DNA from: Candidatus Saccharicenans sp.
GTDB lineage: Bacteria > Acidobacteriota > Aminicenantia > Aminicenantales > Saccharicenantaceae
DNA: 64,000 bases
Reading direction: 5' to 3'
Assembly (NCBI GenBank): GCA_026414545.1
Contig: JAOAIU010000024.1
Location: 3,695-67,694, forward strand
Positions 27,434 through 37,455 of this stretch are shown in pieces. The position numbers and the translations under genes were made by a program. The notes under the pieces were generated by a model. The model saw nothing but the letters and a program-made list of their open reading frames with translations, was not told where the DNA came from and ran no database searches. Each line of letters opens with the position of its first letter. Position 1 is the stretch's first letter.

Positions 27434-28462
27434 ATGAGTCAACATCGCCAAAAAACCGTTCTGAGCGGGATGAGACCCACCGGTCCCCTGCACCTTGGAA
27501 ACTACGTGGGTGCCCTCAGGGGGTGGGTCAAGCTGCAGGAGACCCATCGCTGTTTCTTCACCATTGTGCCCTGGCATGCCCTGAGTTCAGAGTATGAAAA
27601 CCCTAAGGTCATCAAGGAATATACCTTTGAAGTGGCCCTGGACTGGCTGTCAGCCGGACTGGACCCGGAAAAATCAGTCCTCTTCATCCAATCAGAGGTC
27701 AAGGAGCACGCCGAGCTTCATCTGCTGCTGTCGATGATTACTCCCCTGCCCTGGCTGGAGAGAGTCCCGACCTTCAAGGAGCAGCAGCAGGAAATCCAGG
27801 ACCGGGAGCTTAATACCTACGGTTTCCTCGGTTATCCCTTGCTGCAGACTGCCGACATCATCATTTACAAGGCTGAAGTGGTGCCGGTCGGAGAGGACCA
27901 GGCCTTCCACATCGAGCTGGCCCGGGAAATCGTCCGCCGCTTTAACCGTTTTTATGGAGAGGTCTTCCCCGAGCCCCAGATGTTGCTGACCGAAGTGCCC
28001 AAACTGGCCGGAACTGACGGCCGCAAGATGAGCAAGTCCTACGGCAACGCCATCTACTTGAAAGATTCCCCGGAAACCATAAGGAAGAAAATCTCGCCGA
28101 TGGTGACCGACACCCGAAGAAAACGTCGCTCCGACCCGGGCGAGCCGGATGATTGCCCGGTCTTCACCCTGCACAAGGCTTTCGTCCCCGAAGAAAAACG
28201 GGCCGAACTGGCCGCCGGCTGCCGCAGTGCTTCCATAGGCTGCCTGGAATGCAAGAAAGTCGTGATTGAAGCCTTAATTCAGGAATTCGCCACTTTCCGG
28301 GAAAAAAGAGCCTATTATGAAAAACACCCGAAACTGGTCTGGGAAATATTTGAAGAAGGAAACAAGAAGGCCAGGGAAGTGGCCGAAAAGACAATGGCTG
28401 AAGTCCGGGAAGTCATGGGCCTGGTTTTCCCGGGCGGGCAATCAACTCCAGGAAAAGTGTGA
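27434..28462 (+). CDS. trpS: Tryptophan--tRNA ligase
   Basis: SGMRPTGPLHLGNYVGAL (HIGH-type region) and KMSKS, with class Ic size. I prefer ATG 27434 to the TTG at 27419. Confidence 0.9.
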   Translation: MSQHRQKTVLSGMRPTGPLHLGNYVGALRGWVKLQETHRCFFTIVPWHALSSEYENPKVIKEYTFEVALDWLSAGLDPEKSVLFIQSEVKEHAELHLLLSMITPLPWLERVPTFKEQQQEIQDRELNTYGFLGYPLLQTADIIIYKAEVVPVGEDQAFHIELAREIVRRFNRFYGEVFPEPQMLLTEVPKLAGTDGRKMSKSYGNAIYLKDSPETIRKKISPMVTDTRRKRRSDPGEPDDCPVFTLHKAFVPEEKRAELAAGCRSASIGCLECKKVVIEALIQEFATFREKRAYYEKHPKLVWEIFEEGNKKAREVAEKTMAEVREVMGLVFPGGQSTPGKV

Positions 28463-29262
28463 TGGAACCGGAAATCCAGGACAGCCAGGAAAGCCAGCTG
28501 CCAGTTTCCTACTCACCTTCCTCGGGCGAGGGTTACCAGGTCAAGCTGGAAATGTTTGAAGGTCCGCTGGACCTGCTGTTGTTCCTGATTCGCAAGAAGA
28601 AGATAGATATTCACGATATTCCCATTGCGGTTATCACCCGCGATTACCTGGACTATCTGGAAAGAAAAGACCAGATCAATCTGGACCGGGAAGCGGAGTT
28701 CCTGCTGATAGCTGCCCTTTTAATTTACATTAAGTCCCAGATGCTGTTGCCCAGGGAGCAGGAGGCCATCCAGGCCGACGACCCGCGGCAGATTTTGGTC
28801 GACCGCCTGCTGGAGTATCAGAAGGTCAGGGTGGCCTGTACCATTCTACGGGAAAAGGAAGAGGACCAGCTCCTGCGCTGGAAGCGAACCTTCCTGCCGC
28901 CGGTGGCCAAACCGGAAGAGGCGGAGCTGCTGGAAGTGAGCCTGTTTGACCTGGCCGAGACTTTCTTCCTGCTGATGAAAAAAAGGGAAAGAGAGAACCT
29001 TCAGGTGATCAAAGGCAAGGATGTCTCGGTCGAGGAAAAGATGAAAGAAATGCTCGGTTACCTGGAAAATCACGGTTCCATGGATTTCCTGGAATACTTT
29101 TCCCGCCAGGAATCTCTGCAAGAAGCCCTGGTTTCTTTCTTCTGCCTGCTGGAGCTGGTGAAAAACCACCTGGTGATAGCTGTGCAGGAACAACTTTTTC
29201 AGACTATCCGGGTCTGGCTGCGCAAGTCCAGGCCCCACAGCCACGGACAGAGCCATGAATGA
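28459..29262 (+). CDS. scpA: Segregation and condensation protein A
   Basis: FEGPLDLLLFLIRKKKIDIHDIPIAVITRDYL is the canonical ScpA N-terminus. It overlaps trpS and scpB. Confidence 0.85.
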   Translation: MMEPEIQDSQESQLPVSYSPSSGEGYQVKLEMFEGPLDLLLFLIRKKKIDIHDIPIAVITRDYLDYLERKDQINLDREAEFLLIAALLIYIKSQMLLPREQEAIQADDPRQILVDRLLEYQKVRVACTILREKEEDQLLRWKRTFLPPVAKPEEAELLEVSLFDLAETFFLLMKKRERENLQVIKGKDVSVEEKMKEMLGYLENHGSMDFLEYFSRQESLQEALVSFFCLLELVKNHLVIAVQEQLFQTIRVWLRKSRPHSHGQSHE

Positions 29263-29803
29263 CCAATTGAAAGCCATACTGGAAGTCCTGATTTTTATTT
29301 CCCAGGAACCGCTGACCCTGGAAAAAATGAAGGAAGTTCTGGGTGAGGTGCCGGATGAAGAGCTGGGCGCCGCCCTGGATGCCCTGCTGACGGATTATGC
29401 GGCCAGCGGGCGGGGAATTCAGGTTATCAAATCGGCCGGCGGCTACCTCTTTACCACCAAGCCCGAGCACGACCAGTGGGTCCGGCGGTTGCTGCAGATT
29501 GAAAAGAAGACCAAGCTGTCCTCGGCCGCCCTGGAAACCCTGAGCATCATCGCCTATCATCAACCAATAACCCAGGCTGAGATTTCAGCCATCCGGGGGG
29601 TCGATTCCACCTACTGTCTGAAAAGCCTGCTCCAGAAGAAGCTGATCAAGATAGTTGGACGGAAAAAAGCACCCGGCAATCCTTTGGTCTACCGCACCAG
29701 CGAAAGATTCCTTCAGTATTTCGGGCTCAACAGCCTGGATGATTTGCCGAAGGAAGAAGAAATTGCTAAAATCCTGGAGGAAGAGAAGCAGGCCATCTCC
29801 TGA
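29255..29803 (+). CDS. scpB: Segregation and condensation protein B
   Basis: ILEVLIFISQEPLTLEKM ... LETLSIIAYHQPITQAEISAIRGV ... PGNPLVYRTSERFLQYFGL, which is the typical ScpB tandem winged-helix layout. Confidence 0.85.
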   Translation: MNDQLKAILEVLIFISQEPLTLEKMKEVLGEVPDEELGAALDALLTDYAASGRGIQVIKSAGGYLFTTKPEHDQWVRRLLQIEKKTKLSSAALETLSIIAYHQPITQAEISAIRGVDSTYCLKSLLQKKLIKIVGRKKAPGNPLVYRTSERFLQYFGLNSLDDLPKEEEIAKILEEEKQAIS

Positions 29804-30074
29804 TGCCCTGGCCAACCGCGGGTCTTAATCCGGTCAGGCTAACCGGGACTCGCCGGTCCGGGCTCCAGGGTCACGGATGGATATAATAATAAATAGCCGG
29901 CAGCCGGAAACCTGTTCCCCGAAAACCCGATTCTGGGAAAAGGCTGACAGCCGGAGCGAGCCGATAGTCGGTTTACCCGGAGTGGCTCTAAGTAAAGATT
30001 TTTCCTATACTTAGGGTTGACAAAGGGTTTCGACTTCTATAGTATAGGAAGCTATTCTTCAATCAAAATATTCT

Positions 30075-30950
30075 ATGGAAATCATCATAGCCAGAAACAG
30101 CGGATTTTGTTACGGAGTCAGACGCGCCCTGCAGCTGGCCCGGAAGACCGGGAAAAAGGCCGGGCAGCGCATCTTCAGCTGGGGCGAAATCATCCATAAT
30201 CCCGAGGTGATCTCCGGACTGCAACATGACGGAATCAGGGTGGCTACTTCCCTGAGCCAGCTCCAGCCCGGCGATACGGTGATCATCAGGAGCCACGGGG
30301 TTTCGCCAGCCATCTATCGTGCCCTTAAAAAAAAGAAGGTCAAACTGGTGGATGCTACCTGTCCCATCGTCAAGAAAATCCAGCAGACCGTGGACCGGCT
30401 CAGCCGGGGGAGCGGAGAAATCATCATCGTCGGCAATAAGAACCACCCCGAAATTCAGGGGCTCCTGGGCTACAGCCGCGGTAAAGCCCGGGTGGTGGAA
30501 AACGAAGAACAGGCCCGGGCCCTGCCTTTCAGAAAAAGGAGAGCCGTCCTGGCTCAGTCCACTCAGGATGGACAGCTGTTTAGCCAGGTGGTGGGGCTCC
30601 TGGCCGAAAAAACCGGAGAACTGCAGGTCTTTAACACCATCTGTCAGTCGACCCGCATCCGCCAGGTGGCCACGGCCGAACTGGCCCGCCAGGTCGAGGC
30701 CCTGCTGATTATCGGCGGCAAGAATAGTTCCAACACCAACAAGCTCTACCAGATTTCCAGGCGATTGCTGCCCAGGACCTATTTCATCGAATCACCGGAA
30801 GAAATAACCCCCGACATGCTTCGGGGTGTAAATAAAATCGGACTTTCGGGCGGAGCTTCCACCCCGCCCGAAGTAATTAAAAAAACTGTTGCGGCTATCA
30901 GCCATAGCTCCCAACAGAATTCACATCAGGAGAAGGTGACCCATGATTGA
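30075..30950 (+). CDS. ispH: 4-hydroxy-3-methylbut-2-enyl diphosphate reductase
   Basis: ARNSGFCYGVRRAL, IIHNP and DATCPIVKK motifs supply the three conserved Cys. A TTGACA-type promoter candidate lies at 30017-30045. Confidence 0.9.
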   Translation: MEIIIARNSGFCYGVRRALQLARKTGKKAGQRIFSWGEIIHNPEVISGLQHDGIRVATSLSQLQPGDTVIIRSHGVSPAIYRALKKKKVKLVDATCPIVKKIQQTVDRLSRGSGEIIIVGNKNHPEIQGLLGYSRGKARVVENEEQARALPFRKRRAVLAQSTQDGQLFSQVVGLLAEKTGELQVFNTICQSTRIRQVATAELARQVEALLIIGGKNSSNTNKLYQISRRLLPRTYFIESPEEITPDMLRGVNKIGLSGGASTPPEVIKKTVAAISHSSQQNSHQEKVTHD

Positions 30951-32685
30951 CACCAAGAAGAACCCCAAGAACGACGACCAACTGACGCCAGAAGACTACG
31001 AACGTCTTCTTGACCAGTACCATCTTTCCGACCAGGAACTGAGCGCCGGTACCATCGTCCGCGGCCGGGTGGTGAAAAAGACCCCCAGCCACCTGCTGCT
31101 GGACATTGGCCACAAGACCGAGGGGGCCATTCCCCTGGAAGATTTCAGAAATCACCAGGAATTCGATGAAATTAAAGTCGGGGCGGAAATAGAAGCCATC
31201 CTGGAAAAGTCCAGGCCTCAGGACGGGTATTTCCTCCTGTCCAAGAAAAAGGCCGATGCTCTGCGGGCCCTGGAACACCTGGAAAAGGCCTATCATTCCA
31301 ACAACTGGGTCACCGGAACGATCAAGGCCAGGACCAAGAACGGCTATACCGTGGACGTGGGACTGGACGCTTTCCTGCCCGAGTCTCATGCCGACCTCCG
31401 ACCGCTCAAGGACCCTGACTCCCTGCTGGGCCAGACCCTGAAATTCAAGGTCATGAAATTCAACCGCAAGGAAGAGGACGTGGTCCTGTCCCGCAAGCTT
31501 CTGCTCCAGGACGAACGCGAAAAGAGGAAGCGCCGGGTCTTCGGACGGCTGGTCAAGGGCGGCACGGTCAAGGGCACGGTTAAGTCGCTAACCAGTTTCG
31601 GGGCCTTCATCGACCTGGGCGGCGTTGAGGGTTTACTCCACATCTCCGACCTGAGCTGGGGTAAGGTCAGCCACCCTTCGGAAGTTCTCCAGGTCGGCCA
31701 GGAGATTGAGGTGGTGGTCCTGGATTTTAACGAGAACGAAGAAAAGATTTCCCTCGGTTATAAACAGCTAACTCCGGACCCGTGGTTGACCGTTGAACAG
31801 AAGTATCAGCCTGGAACCAGAGTCACCGGCAAGGTGGTCAGCCTGACCGACTTTGGGGCTTTTGTCGAACTGGAAAAGGGAGTGGAGGGGCTGGTTCACG
31901 TCTCCGACCTGACCTGGTCCAAGAAAATGGTCCATCCCAAGAAAGTTCTCCAGGTGGGCCAGGAAGTGACGGTTCAGGTACTGGAAGTCAATCCGGAGAG
32001 CAGGCGCATTTCCCTCGGACTCAAACAGGTCACGCCCCATCCTCTGGAACTCTTCGCCCAGAAACATAACCCCGGTTCCAGGCTCAAGGGCAAGATAACC
32101 AGCCTGACTGATTTCGGGGCCTTTGTCCAGGTGGATAAAGACATTGAAGGACTGGTGCATATCTCCGATATCAGCTGGGAGAAAGTTAAGCATCCCTCCG
32201 ACAAGCTCAAGGTGGGAGAGGAGATCGAGGTGGTGCTGCTGAACGTCGACCTGGAGAAGCAGAAGGTCTCCCTGGGCATCAAGCAGCTCGAAGGTGATAT
32301 CTGGGAGGACTTCTTCCAGCGCCAGAAGGTCGGAGATGTGCTCAAGGTTAAAATAGTCCGGATCGCCGAGTTCGGAGTCTTCGTGGAAATCATGCCCGGG
32401 ATAGAAGGCGTAGTCTTCAATTCTGAGCTGGATGACAACAGGATAGAAAACCCGGCCGAAGTTTTCAAAATCGGCGAAGAAAAGATGGCCAAGATCATCA
32501 AACTCAACCCGGCCGCCCGGAAGATCTCCCTGAGTTTCCGGCAGGCCCAGGTGGACCAGCAGAAAAAAGAATTTCAGAAATACCTGGAGGGTCAGAGCGA
32601 CCGCCTGACCCTGGGCGACCTTTTAAGGGAACAGCTTAAGAACCTGCCCGGCAGGGCCAACGGCAAAAAGGAGGGTGAATCATGA
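30943..32685 (+). CDS. rpsA: 30S ribosomal protein S1
   Basis: 580 aa with six S1 repeats (recurring G..V.G.V....FGAFV.L..G.EGL.H.S. units). There is an 8-nt overlap with ispH. Confidence 0.9.
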   Translation: MIDTKKNPKNDDQLTPEDYERLLDQYHLSDQELSAGTIVRGRVVKKTPSHLLLDIGHKTEGAIPLEDFRNHQEFDEIKVGAEIEAILEKSRPQDGYFLLSKKKADALRALEHLEKAYHSNNWVTGTIKARTKNGYTVDVGLDAFLPESHADLRPLKDPDSLLGQTLKFKVMKFNRKEEDVVLSRKLLLQDEREKRKRRVFGRLVKGGTVKGTVKSLTSFGAFIDLGGVEGLLHISDLSWGKVSHPSEVLQVGQEIEVVVLDFNENEEKISLGYKQLTPDPWLTVEQKYQPGTRVTGKVVSLTDFGAFVELEKGVEGLVHVSDLTWSKKMVHPKKVLQVGQEVTVQVLEVNPESRRISLGLKQVTPHPLELFAQKHNPGSRLKGKITSLTDFGAFVQVDKDIEGLVHISDISWEKVKHPSDKLKVGEEIEVVLLNVDLEKQKVSLGIKQLEGDIWEDFFQRQKVGDVLKVKIVRIAEFGVFVEIMPGIEGVVFNSELDDNRIENPAEVFKIGEEKMAKIIKLNPAARKISLSFRQAQVDQQKKEFQKYLEGQSDRLTLGDLLREQLKNLPGRANGKKEGES

Positions 32686-32963
32686 TCAAAGCCGACCTGA
32701 TAAACATTGTTTCCCGGGAACTTAACATCTCCAAGCAGGAAGCCGAAGTAGGGGTCAACCTGTTCTTTGAAGCCATCAAAGAAGCCATCCTCAAGGGCGA
32801 GGAAATCGAATTTCGCGGTTTCGGGAGCTTTCGCTTCCGCCAGCGGGCCCCGCGAGCCGGTCGCAACCCGCGGACCGGCGAACTGGTCAAGGTGCCGCCT
32901 AAAAAAGTGCTTTACTTCAAGCCTTCCAAACTGCTTAAGGAGATGCTCAATCAGAATAAATGA
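32682..32963 (+). CDS. HU/IHF-family DNA-bending protein (IHF-like)
   Basis: 93 aa with the arm GFGSFRFRQRAPRAGRNPRTGELVKVPPKKVLYFKPSK, which is diagnostic of HU/IHF. Confidence 0.8.
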   Translation: MIKADLINIVSRELNISKQEAEVGVNLFFEAIKEAILKGEEIEFRGFGSFRFRQRAPRAGRNPRTGELVKVPPKKVLYFKPSKLLKEMLNQNK

Positions 32964-33463
32964 GATACTGTACCGCACCCTGGCGATTGAACTACGTTAA
33001 AAAGGCCCTGAAGATGAAAAACTGCGTTTTTTGCCAGGCCCTAAAGAAGAAGGATGATCGGCAATCGCTCATTCTCTACCGGGGCAGGTTCAACTTTATC
33101 ATCATCAACCGCTTCCCCTATACTACCGGTCACCTGATGGTGGCCCCCTACCGCCATCTGGCCAGCTTTGAAACCGCCCCCCGGGAAATAGTGGCCGAAG
33201 CTGTTGAACTGGTCCAGCTTGCTCTGAGGATACTGAAGAAGAGTTACCGGCCTCACGGCTTCAACGTGGGCCTCAACCTGGGGCAGCCGGCCGGGGCTGG
33301 GGTGACCGGCCATTTTCATATTCACATCGTCCCCCGCTGGCCGGGCGATTCCAACTTCATGCCGATTATCGGTCAGACCAGGGTTTTCTGCGAGGATCTC
33401 ACCGCTACCTACAACCGGCTGAGACCGTACTTTGAGCGGGAAGAAAAGAAACAGGAGAAATAA
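32960..33463 (+). CDS. HIT-family nucleotide hydrolase/transferase
   Basis: Histidine triad GHFHIHIVPRW and the N-terminal APWRLNYV...CVFC motif, as found in GalT/Ap4A-phosphorylase-like HIT proteins. Confidence 0.8.
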   Translation: MRYCTAPWRLNYVKKALKMKNCVFCQALKKKDDRQSLILYRGRFNFIIINRFPYTTGHLMVAPYRHLASFETAPREIVAEAVELVQLALRILKKSYRPHGFNVGLNLGQPAGAGVTGHFHIHIVPRWPGDSNFMPIIGQTRVFCEDLTATYNRLRPYFEREEKKQEK

Positions 33464-33466
33464 GCC

Positions 33467-35389
33467 ATGTTAAAGACCATGCGGAAAAACGTCAAATCAC
33501 TGGCCCCAATCCTCTGGATTGTCATCGCCACCTTTATCATTGCCATCTTCGCCGTCTGGGGCGGGGCCGGCCGACTGGGAGAATCCAGGCGGGAAAATAC
33601 CATAGTTCAAATTGGCCGGGCCAGCATCTCAATCGAAGATTACTTCAATGCGCTGCGGCAGCGGGTGGAAGCCATGAAAAAGGAGTACCCTGACCTCAAC
33701 CCCAACCTCCTGCGGCAGCTAAACCTTCCCCAGCAAATCCTGGAACAGATGGTCCAGCAACAGCTCCTGCTCCATCTGGCCAAGAAAAAAGGCCTGAAGG
33801 CTACCGACAGCGAGCTCCAGGAAAAGATAATGAGCTTTCCCGTTTTCCAGAGAGATGGAAAGTTTGTTGGTTTTGAGGAATACAAGAGAATTCTGGACTG
33901 GAATCATATCCCCATCCAGAAATTTGAGGACAGTCTCCGGGATGACATCCTGATCAACAAGATCTACCAACTGCTGACAGCCGGAGTGACCGCAACCGAG
34001 GACGAAGTCTGGGAAAATTACCGGAACCAGAACGAAACCGTTAAGCTCGAATACCTGGTGGCCTCGACCGACAAGATAGAGATGGCCGCCGTTCCGACAG
34101 AAGAAGAGATCAAGAATTTCTTTGAGCGGCACCGAGAAAAATACCGCGTTCCAGAAAGGCGCGAGGGGCAGATGCTCTTTCTCAAGACCGATGACCTGAA
34201 AAAAGAAATCAGCGTTTCTGACTCTGAAATCGAAAAATATTATAAAGACAACATCAGCCAGTTCAAGGAACCGGCCAAGATTAAGGTCAGCCGAATTTAC
34301 CTGACCTATACCGAGGCCGATAAGCAACAGGTTATCGAGCTGAGCAAAAATATCAAGACCAGGTTAACCGCCGGGGAAGACTTCGCCAAGCTGGCCAGCC
34401 AGTATTCCAAGGATGACAAAGCCGGCTCTGGAGGCGATTGGGGCTATTATGACTGGCAGAGCTTTACTCCTGAAGAAATCAAGGCCATAAATCAGCTGGA
34501 AGCCGGCCAGGTGACCGAGCCTCTGGACCTGGGTCAGGCCGTTTCCATACTGAAAGCAACGGAGAAAATGCCGGAAATAACCAGGTCGCTGGCCGAGGTC
34601 AAGGCTATGATTCAGAACAGCCTGGTAGAGCAGAAAGCCCGGGAGCAGGCTTCGAATCGCATGGAGAAACTGGCCAGAGTGGCCAGAAAAACCAGGAACC
34701 TGGAGCAAGCTGCCCGCAGAGAAGGATTGACCACCCAGCCCACTGGCCTTCTGAAAAAGGGCGACCCGATTGCCCAGGTTGACTCCTCCGGCTTCTTGAG
34801 CCAGGCCCTATTTGAGCTAAAAGAGAAAGAAATATCTTCACCGGTCTTTACCTACGAGGGCGTGGCCCTGGTTCAACTCACCGCTATAAACCCGGAGCAC
34901 CAGGCTACCCTGGAAGAGGTAAAAGACCAGGTGAAGTCTGACCTTATCAGTGAGCTGAAAAAAGAAAAGCTCAGGGAAAAACTGGCTTCGCTGAAATACG
35001 CCCAGGCTGTCAACTGGGAAGATTTCGCCAAGAATAACGGCCTGGAATACAAGCGAGCCGAAACTCACAAACGCGGGCAGTACCTTAGCCTGATCGATGA
35101 TACGGCTGAGCTGGACAAGCTGGCCTTCAGCCTGCCTGTGAACCAACCGAGCGAGCCCTTTGAGACCGGCGCCGGCTATGTCGTGATCAGGGTACTGGAA
35201 AGGAAAGAAGTCACTCGCGAAGATTTTGCCAAGGTCAAAGACCAGGAAATGGCTACCCTGATCAACCAGAACCGGGAAATGTTCCTCTACAGTTACCTGC
35301 AGAAGGTCAGGCAGGACATGAAAATTAAGGTCAACTACAACCTGTTCAACAAAGTAACCGACGACGTGCTGGGAAGGTTGGGCGAATAA
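33467..35389 (+). CDS. Periplasmic chaperone / parvulin-type peptidyl-prolyl isomerase (PpiD/SurA-like)
   Basis: 640 aa with an N-terminal membrane anchor, long helical chaperone regions and a central parvulin-like segment (KIKVSRIYL...FAKLASQYSKDDKAGSGGDWGYY). Confidence 0.7.
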   Translation: MLKTMRKNVKSLAPILWIVIATFIIAIFAVWGGAGRLGESRRENTIVQIGRASISIEDYFNALRQRVEAMKKEYPDLNPNLLRQLNLPQQILEQMVQQQLLLHLAKKKGLKATDSELQEKIMSFPVFQRDGKFVGFEEYKRILDWNHIPIQKFEDSLRDDILINKIYQLLTAGVTATEDEVWENYRNQNETVKLEYLVASTDKIEMAAVPTEEEIKNFFERHREKYRVPERREGQMLFLKTDDLKKEISVSDSEIEKYYKDNISQFKEPAKIKVSRIYLTYTEADKQQVIELSKNIKTRLTAGEDFAKLASQYSKDDKAGSGGDWGYYDWQSFTPEEIKAINQLEAGQVTEPLDLGQAVSILKATEKMPEITRSLAEVKAMIQNSLVEQKAREQASNRMEKLARVARKTRNLEQAARREGLTTQPTGLLKKGDPIAQVDSSGFLSQALFELKEKEISSPVFTYEGVALVQLTAINPEHQATLEEVKDQVKSDLISELKKEKLREKLASLKYAQAVNWEDFAKNNGLEYKRAETHKRGQYLSLIDDTAELDKLAFSLPVNQPSEPFETGAGYVVIRVLERKEVTREDFAKVKDQEMATLINQNREMFLYSYLQKVRQDMKIKVNYNLFNKVTDDVLGRLGE

Positions 35390-35432
35390 CCCTCTTTTTA
35401 ATAAATAAAACTTAAATTATTAAGGAGGGCAA

Positions 35433-37433
35433 ATGGAGACTGCCAAGAAATCTCTGCCGCCCGAAGCCTACCGCGAGCTGGAACCTGGTGAAAAGTATAC
35501 GCCTCTGGTTCCGGCCGAAAAGCTCATTCCCGAAGTCACCGCCCGCTCGGTGTTCTGGGGCCTGTTCATGGCTCTGTTCTTCACCTTTTCCATGGCCTAC
35601 CTGGGGCTTAAAGTCGGTACTGTGCCCGAAGCGGCCATCCCCATCGCCATTCTGGCCGTAGGACTGGGCTACACCTATTCCCGGAAAAATACAATCCTGG
35701 AAAATGTCATCATCCAGTCCATCGGGGCTGCCTCAGGAGCCCTGGTGGCCGGGGCCATCTTCACCATTCCGGCATTGTTCATCATCGGCCTGCCCATCGA
35801 TATCTTCAAAATCTTCCTGTCGACCTTCCTGGGAGGCTGTCTGGGAATCCTGTTCCTGATTCCGCTGCGCCGATATTTCTGCGCCGAGCAGCATGGAAAA
35901 CTGCCCTTCCCGGAAGCCACGGCCACCACTGAAATCCTGGTTTCGGGTGAAGGCGGCGGCGACCAGGCCAGACCGCTGATACTGGGCGTGATCATTTCTG
36001 GAATCTACGAGTTCCTGGCCATCGGGGTCCGGCTGTGGGATGAAGTCATCACTTTCCGTTTCCTGCCGTTCATGGACCGACTGGCCGAAAAGAGCCGCAT
36101 GGTCCTGAAGATTGATGCCCTGTCAGCCTTTCTGGGCCTGGGCTATGTTATCGGTCTACGCTACAACGCCATCATCGTGGCCGGCGGCCTGCTTTCCCAC
36201 TTCGCCTTTATCCCGGTCATCTGGTTCCTGGGACAGCATTTCACCGAAGCCATCTATCCCGGGAAGATTCCCATAGCCCAGATGAGTGAAGTCCAGATCT
36301 TCACCACCTACGTTCGCTACATCGGCATCGGGGCTATTTTCATGGCCGGGGTCCTGGGAATAATCAAGTCCCTGCCCATCATGGCCCGGGCCTTCTCCCT
36401 TGGTTTCAAGGAAATACTCAAGGGCAAGCAGGCTTCGGCCGAAACCATCCGGACCGACCGCGACCTGAAGATGTCCACCATCATCGCCGGTATCCTGGCC
36501 ACGGCCGTGGCCATCTTTTTCTACTTTCTCTGGATTTCCAACCTGAAATTTGCCCTGATCGGGGTGGTCATCTGCCTGGTTCTGTCTTTCCTGTTCACCA
36601 CGGTGGCGGCCACGGCCATCGCCATCGTCGGCACCAACCCGGTCTCCGGCATGACCCTGATCACCCTGATTCTGTCCAGTGTCATTCTCATTGGCGCGGG
36701 ACTGTCCGGGCAGGAAGGCATGGGTGTCGCCCTGCTGATCGGAGCCGTGGTCTGCACCGCCCTGGCCGTTTCCGGAAGCTTCATCACCGACCTCAAGATC
36801 GGCTACTGGATTGGAGCCACACCGCGGAACCAGGAAAGGTTCAAGTTTACTGGAATCCTGGTTTCGGCCCTGGCTGTGGGTGTGGCCATCTTCATCCTGG
36901 ACAAGGCTTTCTCCTTCCAGAGCGGAGCCCTGGCTGCTCCCCAGGCCAACCTGATGGCCGCGGTCATCAGGTCGCTGATGTCCAAAGAGCCGGTGACCTG
37001 GCTGCTGTATGGCATCGGGGCTTCTATTGCCCTGGTGGCCGAGCTCTGCAAGATTCCGCCGCTGCCCCTGGCCCTCGGCATGTACCTGCCGCTGGAGCTG
37101 ACCACCCCGCTTCTCGTGGGCGGGTTCCTGTCCCACCTGGTCAAGAAGTCCAGCCAGGACAAGGAGCTGGCCGAGAAGAGGCACAATCGGGGCATGCTCA
37201 TTTCTTCCGGTTTCATCGCCGGCGGAGCCCTGATGGGAATTGTCCTGGCCGTCCTGAAGCTGGCCAAGCTAGACCACTATGTCAGCCTGGGTATACCCAT
37301 GGTCCTGGAAAATGGCAAATGGGTCGACGGAACCCCGGCCGGCTGGTTCAGCCAGTATGGTGAAATCATCAGCCTGGTGGCCTTCATCCTGCTGGTCGGT
37401 TTCGTCTACTGGCAATCTAAAAAAGAAAAATAA
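35433..37433 (+). CDS. OPT-family oligopeptide transporter
   Basis: 666 aa with about 16 TM helices. The N-terminal ELEPGEKYTP...VTARSVFWGLFMALFFTFSMAYLGLKVGTVPEAAIPIAIL is typical of bacterial OPT proteins. Confidence 0.8.
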   Translation: METAKKSLPPEAYRELEPGEKYTPLVPAEKLIPEVTARSVFWGLFMALFFTFSMAYLGLKVGTVPEAAIPIAILAVGLGYTYSRKNTILENVIIQSIGAASGALVAGAIFTIPALFIIGLPIDIFKIFLSTFLGGCLGILFLIPLRRYFCAEQHGKLPFPEATATTEILVSGEGGGDQARPLILGVIISGIYEFLAIGVRLWDEVITFRFLPFMDRLAEKSRMVLKIDALSAFLGLGYVIGLRYNAIIVAGGLLSHFAFIPVIWFLGQHFTEAIYPGKIPIAQMSEVQIFTTYVRYIGIGAIFMAGVLGIIKSLPIMARAFSLGFKEILKGKQASAETIRTDRDLKMSTIIAGILATAVAIFFYFLWISNLKFALIGVVICLVLSFLFTTVAATAIAIVGTNPVSGMTLITLILSSVILIGAGLSGQEGMGVALLIGAVVCTALAVSGSFITDLKIGYWIGATPRNQERFKFTGILVSALAVGVAIFILDKAFSFQSGALAAPQANLMAAVIRSLMSKEPVTWLLYGIGASIALVAELCKIPPLPLALGMYLPLELTTPLLVGGFLSHLVKKSSQDKELAEKRHNRGMLISSGFIAGGALMGIVLAVLKLAKLDHYVSLGIPMVLENGKWVDGTPAGWFSQYGEIISLVAFILLVGFVYWQSKKEK

Positions 37434-37455
37434 AAGAAAAGAAAGGAAAGAATAG